A stretch of DNA of 63,836 nt, counting the filler, from Rhizaria sp. SCN 62-66 (lineage: Eukaryota), in the NCBI GenBank assembly GCA_001724265.1. It is 3 parts of 3 records of this genome, joined end to end, with 100 filler letters (N's around TTAATTAATTAA, not from the genome) between each part and the next. Parts side by side here need not be neighbours in the genome. Positions count along the whole stretch, not along the records: positions 53,251 to 63,836 come from MEDY01000555.1; 2 more parts are not named here. One strand, given 5' to 3'. Positions within the stretch are counted from its first letter, which is position 1. Each line of letters starts with the position of its first letter. Positions 58,010 through 63,836 of the stretch are shown one piece after another. The translations under genes were made by a program, and so were the position numbers. The notes beneath the pieces are model-generated. The model did no database searches and had not been told where the DNA came from. It worked only from the letters and a program-made list of their open reading frames with translations.

Positions 58010-60586
58010 CTGCCGTTCCTCGCTGCCACCGCGAGCGCTAGCGACCACTACCACTACCCGGGAGGCCAACACCCCGTTTCCGGCAGCGTTGCGACCAACA
58101 ACAACCCTTACGGCGTCTATGCAGCTGGTGGCGTGAGTGGTTCTGGAGCCAGGCCCTTCGAGAGGATAATGCGGACTAATACGACACATTCGAACGCCTC
58201 TCACGCGTCCACGATTCCGTTTGCGGTTCCCGCGAACGGCTACGTCACCATCTTCGCTCCGCCGTCGCCCCATGTGCGCCAGGTGCCGGGGCCGGCCCCC
58301 CAGGGCGCCGTCGTCCCAGTGGCCGCGACGGCGACCTCGGGTGTAGGGCAGCTGTCGCTGTCGCGGCAGGCGTCGGACACCACGCCGCGCGGTGTGCAGC
58401 AGCACTCACAGAAGAGCGCATTTTCGCCTAAGCAACAGCCGCAGACGCCCAAGCAGAACACGTCTGGCCAGCACCCCGTGTTCCAGTTTCCGTCCCCGGG
58501 CCCTGGGCACCAGTTGCCGACTGCTGCCGCGGCTTCGTCGCCGCCTGTCCAGGCCGCGGCCTCGATGCTGCGGAGCCCTTACTCGCAGTCCCCGTCGCAT
58601 TCGCAGCGCCAGCAGTCGGACTCCACCACTCCTAGGACCGCCGCTTCGGGCGCAGTCGCGATCCCAGCCGTTGTCGTGCAATCGCACTGCGCAGGCGCGA
58701 ACTGTCTCTTAAAGGTGACCGTGGGGAACACGACAGTCACTATTGATATCCCGTACCCCGGCGCGGACGCCGCTGCTGCCGCGGCGTGGACCTCCGCAAT
58801 CACAGCTACCACCGAGATCGCGACGCCCCGTGGCGCTGTGAGTGCCGCCCCTCGAAGCATTGCTGGCCCCCCGGAGAGTGCTCAGCATGTGACACCGCCG
58901 TCTCAGGTGCCTCGGGCCCTCACCCCGTACCAACTCTCGAGTGGCAACACTTCTGGCAACGGCCACAACAACTCGAGCGCGTCGCCTCTGACCGCGGCCG
59001 CTGCCTCGGCTGCTGCCAATGCCACCGCTGTTGCCGCAGCTGCCGTTCGCGCACAGGGCTTTCACCGGCCCATCCCCATGTCCCCCGCGCCCTCGGGCCA
59101 CCTGGCTCAGCCAAACGGGATGCCGACAACGCCGAACTCCGCCCGCTCGCCGGCGGTCCCTACCGCGACGACGCCCCTGAGTTACTACCATCAGCAACTG
59201 CAACAGCAACAGCAGCAACAAGGACAAGGACTGTGGCAACGTCCGTCGCCAGCGGCTGCGGCTCCCGTTGTGCCATCCATCAGCTATTACCAACAAGCTC
59301 TCGGCATGTCTTCGGGGCCCTCGCCCGCGCCGTCGCCACCGGCGCTGACGGCCGCCACCTCGGTATCCACGACGGGCCCGCCGTACGCCGCTGTGCCGGT
59401 GCCTGTCGCTGGTGCTGGCCGTGGCGTGGGCCTGGGTCTGGCGCCTGTGACAGTGCCTCAGCATCAGCATCAGCATCAGCAGAGCCAGCAGCAGTCCCAA
59501 CAGCTCCAGCAGCAGCAGTACCAACAGCTCCAGCATCAGCAGTACCTCCAACAACAACAGCAGTACCAGCATCAGCAGCAGTACCAGCAGCAACTCCAGC
59601 AGCAGTATCACCCGCAACAGCTTCAACATCAGCCTCAACAGCAGTTGCAGCAGCAGTGTTCTCAGCAGCTCGGAGGCCAGTCGCCGCAAATCGGGACGGC
59701 GCAGCCCCACTCTACGCAAAGCACGCCGACAGAGGGTAACGGGTTTCACACGCCTATGTGCGCGCCACAGGCGTCGCCACCGCTGCCGCCGCAGCAGCCG
59801 CCGCCGCCGCCGCAGCACCTGCCGCCACAGCATCAGATGAGCTCTGGCGTGGCTGTGGCGCCCCCCACGCTGCTCGCGTCCTCCTCGCGGTCCACGGGCT
59901 TGGTGCACCACAACGTTGCCAACAGCAGCAACAACAACAACGTCGGTAGCTTGAACAGTAGTTATGTTAACGTTAACGGCACCGCAAGCCCGAACGTCAC
60001 GCCTGGCACTGGCTCCATTGCTGCGAACGTCATGCCCGGTGCGGGTCCTGTGTTTGTGTATGGAATGCCAAGCCCGTGGCTCAACGAAAGGACTCCCAAT
60101 GTGGCTGGTCAGGGCACTTATAACGCTTCCGGCACGTCTACGAACCCTCACTCTTCCAGCCTCAATCCCGCCAACAGCAACGTGGGTGTTTCCGCAATGA
60201 GCGCGTTTGTTCCTGCTCCTGCGGCTGGTGTTTTGTCTCCAAGCCAACACTTCTTACTTCACACAAGTCAGCAGCAGCGACAACCTCAGCATCAGCAACA
60301 GCAGCAGCAACCTCATCATCAGCAGCAACAGCAGCAACAACAACAGCAGCAATATTTGCTTTCGCAGTCGACGCCGCAGCAGTCTCAAGCGCAGGCTTAC
60401 GCACAGGCGCAGGCTTACGCACAGGCGCAGGCGCAGGCACACGCACAGGTACAGGCTAGGTTGTCCCAGCAACAACAGCAACACAAGCAACAACAATACT
60501 CCCAACAAGCTAACCAATATCAGCTTCAGCAGCAACATCACCAGCAGCAGCAGCAGCAACATCACCAGCAGCAGCAGCAGCAACAT

Positions 60587-60627
<41 letters not shown>

Positions 60628-61078
60628 TCACCAGCAGCAGCAGCACCAGTTGCACCGGCGCTCCGCGTCGGCGGCCAGCGCCTCAAGCTCTGAGGCCGCG
60701 ACTGTTGTTTCGTCTACAACGGTTCCCACTACCTCTGCTACTGTGGTAGGTGTCACTGAGTTCACGATGTACCACTAGTACGTCAAAGATGCGCTGGACA
60801 CGGGAGCTAGAGCTGTCGACGCTGCGAACGCCCAGCTGCCTGCAGGGGCGAACACTGCGGGTCCTTCGGGTGCTGCAGCTGGCGCCGCCGCCGCCGCCGA
60901 CGCTGAATCTGAATCGCCTGTCGATACGGACGCTGGTGGTAGTGCTGGAAACGCTGCTGCGGCTGCTAATACTTCCGCTGCGGGTGCCGACAATGCTAAC
61001 GCCAACGGCGGCGCCGGCACGAAGAGTGGGCGCCCGCGCCGTGGCTCCAAAAACGGAAAGAAGAGCGCCCGCAAGTAA
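53912..61078 (+). CDS. Hypothetical ~2388-aa disordered polyQ/Ala/Ser/Gly-rich protein with in-frame TAGs at 54131 and 60776 and a basic C-terminus
   Basis: ORF 53912-54133, ORF 54146-60778 and 60779-61078 are one frame. The part after the second TAG reads YVKDALDTGARAVDAANAQLPAG...KSGRPRRGSKNGKKSARK then TAA. Confidence 0.75.
57138..57241 (+). repeat. 18-bp coding tandem repeat encoding (DEDEDI)n
   Basis: Repeated gacattgatga(a/g)gacgaa units. Confidence 0.85.
57938..58006 (+). repeat. Uninterrupted (CAG)23 polyglutamine tract
   Basis: Direct count of CAG units, in frame. Confidence 0.9.
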
Positions 61079-62892
61079 CTCAAAACATTTTTGGGCTGAA
61101 ATTGGCAACGGGTGGTAGTGAGCAATCCGCGAGCGGCCGTAACACTGCTCATACGCTTTTAGATTGGAAACTGGAAACAAGAAAACTCAATCTACATCTT
61201 ACCAAAAGATGCATTATCGGCTCTCATATCTTTATTTTTGTTTATGTTTTTGTTTCGTAGCCGTATTCATGTTGATGTTTGCTTTTGCATTTGTTCGCGT
61301 TTGCGTTTGCGTTCTACGTTTCTCCTTCAGCAATTCCTTTCCCCACATCAGCTTTTTCGTTTTTCATACTTTTGTTTTTCTCCTAACCAGCACTATTTGA
61401 CTCCCCGCATTCGTTGTCTCTTTGTCGCCTCACTTACATTCGCTGTAGTGCTTTCGGACCCACATGTGCAACTGTGTGTTTATGTGCGTGATACTGAGTC
61501 TGCTCTTATGCACTATGGTTTCTCGTCGTAAAGTCTCTCAGGCTCTTTTTTATTTCATTTCCGTATTTAAAGAAAGTTTATTGTTCCCGTATTCTTCTGA
61601 CAGTTGATATCGTTGCTCTCTGTCAACTTTGTTTCATCCATTCGTGTTTGCTCATGCTTGCGTGAGGGTGAGTGCCCCACTTGCCGTCGGTGTTTTCAAA
61701 CGGGTTCGGCCCGCTCCACCACGCCTTGCTTTGTTTGTCATATTGTGTGTTCATTTTCTTTATTTCTTTCGCTCTGAACTTTTTTTCTTCTTCTGTTGAT
61801 CTATCATCTTTTGTTTCGCGGTATTTGGCCTCGATGTTTCTTTTCATATTTTTCCTTCATCTGTTGATTTTTGTGGTATTTTTCTTCAACTTCGACTCGT
61901 TTCACTCACTTACTTTTAAGTCGTCTCTAATGATGCTGCCATCGACTGTGTTTTTTGTTCGACTCAATTGTTGCGTGTTGTGTAACAACTAAACCGTCTT
62001 CCGTCCATAAGAATAAGTGCATCTCTCCAAAGTTTTGATTGTCATACCGTGATCCCCGTAACTCGCTTTGGTGCGCGTTACATCACGCTGTTAGACAACT
62101 AACGATGGTGTGTTGACTACTCATGCATGTGTTCTTTATGATTCTGTTCTATGTGTGTTAGAATGTGACAAAGCTACTATTGCAACAGCTCAAACTACTT
62201 CCCCATCTACATTTTGCAACTAACTTATTTTATTCTTCAGATTGAGAGTGTTGGCCACGATTTTAGGCCCTTTGCTTTACTGTATCTGGAGTATCCTTTC
62301 TGCTTGTTTGTTTGCCTCGCTCCGCTTTGCTATGCACTGCACTGCAATGCAATGCAATGCAATGCTTTACAACAATCAAGTGTTGCAAATGCCAGAGAGT
62401 GTACTTTTGTGTCAATTGAGTTAGGTGTTATACATGATGAATGGTAATGATATCAATACAAGTATTGGTAATATTTTTTTTTAATTCAGATTATGCAATT
62501 GTATGTTGTACACGAGTTGCAGTGTCGCACTGAGAGACTTTTGGATCTGGATTTCCCAGGCGGTGTTATTAAGCGCGATCGTTGTCTATTTTATGAGTAG
62601 TTAGTTTTGCTCAACTGACTTAAAATTATGCATGTATCACTTGATAGCGCACTACAAAGTTACTCCTGTCCTAAGATATTGGAAGAGTATCATTGCAGTT
62701 ACTCTACAGGGTAAGCTTCTGTACAGCTTCAGAAAGCCTAATTGTATTTTCCAGTATATTTTAAACTATATTATATGCGTGACTAAAATACAGACGCAGT
62801 TTTTAGTTTCGATTATCAAGGCGAATCTATCTGGTTTAGCAAAAGTGAGCATGTTAACTGCGTCATTTTTTCGGTCCCGCGACCTGCTGGTT

Positions 62893-62907
62893 CGCCGGTC
62901 TGGGTTG
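62893..62907 (+). promoter_or_regulatory. Candidate promoter element CGCCGGTCTGGGTTG (second copy)
   Basis: Identical to 30414-30428; about 70 nt upstream of ATG 62975. Confidence 0.4.
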
Positions 62908-62974
62908 TAGGAAGGAGATCAATGGGCGTGCTTTCGAGGAGAGATTGTTCGAGAAACTTTCGGTGTCACGGGAA

Positions 62975-63836
62975 ATGATGCACAAGAAATTGTGTGTTTT
63001 TCTTCTCGCTTCGCTTTTCTTTGCGGCTTTTGCCGTCGAGAAGGCGACAGCTTCTGATGCGAACACTCAGAATGAGCTTCTCCATGGTGTGACTGCCCCG
63101 AGCAACCGCGTTGCTTCGGGCTCGTCTGCCGCGTCCCTGCTGGACGTTGGCCAGGACCTTGAGGCTTCTATTGCTCAGTACGTTCTTTATTCTACCCCCT
63201 TCCGCGCTTGTGACGCCCTGTCTATCTTATCTACCCTCTCTAGAACCTCGTCATCGACGGTCTTCGCCGCTCGACGTTCTTCCAGAGCTCTCCTTTCCTA
63301 GTTGACATTTAGTGTGTCAAAGGCATATCTCAGCGTGAATCAGCCTCTCATGTTTGATTTATTTCAGCACTACACACACTAGCATTCGCCATCATATATG
63401 TTTTTCCACATTGCCCTTAACCACAACCTCTTCGCTTTCCTCCTTCCCTCACACCTACAGACTCCTTTCTCAGGAGACCAAGCAGTACCAGACGACCTAC
63501 AGCGCTGTCCAGCAGGAGAGCGAGCAGCACGCGAACGTCGCGGCTCAGCTCGCTGCGCAGAAGGCCAAGATGCACGAGCGCGCCGTGTTCCTCGAGCGTC
63601 TCGAGGGCTGCATCTCGGAGGGCTCCACGGTCAACGCCGAGCTGGTGGCCCGCGAGAGCGAGCTCAAAAGCAAGGCTGACGCGCTCGCCAAGCAGGCCAG
63701 CGAGATCGACCGCGCGCGCCAGGAGGCTGCGCTGAAGGAGGCCTCGTTCGTGTCCCGCCAGGAGAGCCTGCACCGCACCAGCACCTCGCTCGAGGCCAAC
63801 ATCGCCAAGGAGGCCGCGGCCCGCGCGGAGCTGGCC
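62975..63836 (+). CDS. Putative secreted coiled-coil protein, 5' part; exons 62975-63177 and 63461->63836
   Basis: Signal peptide MMHKKLCVFLLASLFFAAFA. Intron 63178-63460 (GTACGT..CTACAG) joins IAQ|LLSQETKQYQTTYSAVQQESEQH..., a heptad-rich frame that stays open to the window end. Confidence 0.75.

Noticed and set aside
31458-61078. Programmed readthrough, pyrrolysine or A-to-I (UAG to Trp) editing as the explanation
   Set aside because: No shared downstream motif (next codons CGG, GGC, CCC, CAC, CAG, TAC), two genes need two events each, and no gene ends in TAG. Trp is unlikely in these low-complexity contexts. Not formally excluded without RNA data.
62333-62365. (TGCAC/TGCAA)n repeat
   Set aside because: Ordinary short microsatellite.
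61164-62447. Hydrophobic ORFs in T-rich DNA that look like membrane proteins
   Set aside because: By-product of pyrimidine-rich 3' UTR/intergenic composition; they lack this organism's codon bias.
1-63836. CRISPR arrays, rRNA/tRNA genes (including a CUA suppressor tRNA), transposase or RT ORFs
   Set aside because: None recognisable by eye; the repeats present are coding microsatellites. A tRNAscan-SE run would be needed to exclude tRNAs.

Overview
Eukaryotic nuclear DNA from a flagellated protist (inferred from CFAP57), with GC-rich, Ala/Gln-rich exons, AT-rich intergenic DNA and a few short GT-AG introns. The window is three contigs (1-30919, 31020-53150, 53251-63836) joined by artificial 100-nt N/TTAATTAATTAA/N spacers. 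Recognisable genes: RPS15 (3' end), a prolyl oligopeptidase with an extra SRPBCC-like N-terminal domain, a very large TFIIIC subunit (GTF3C2-like), a PX-BAR sorting nexin, CFAP57, RPL8 (5' end), WRAP53/TCAB1, PDCD2/TSR4, a Pho80/P-type cyclin, RPS6 (3' end), and several large hypothetical proteins. The main discovery is an apparent variant nuclear genetic code. Six TAG codons interrupt four otherwise continuous reading frames, while all 14 apparent gene ends use TAA (9) or TGA (5). UAG therefore looks like a sense codon (Leu or Gln) with UAA kept as a stop. Other signals: a near-invariant GTACGY 5' splice site, a 290-bp fold-back/MITE-like element, and a candidate TCTGGGT promoter motif. Family assignments come from motif recognition by eye; no database searches were run.
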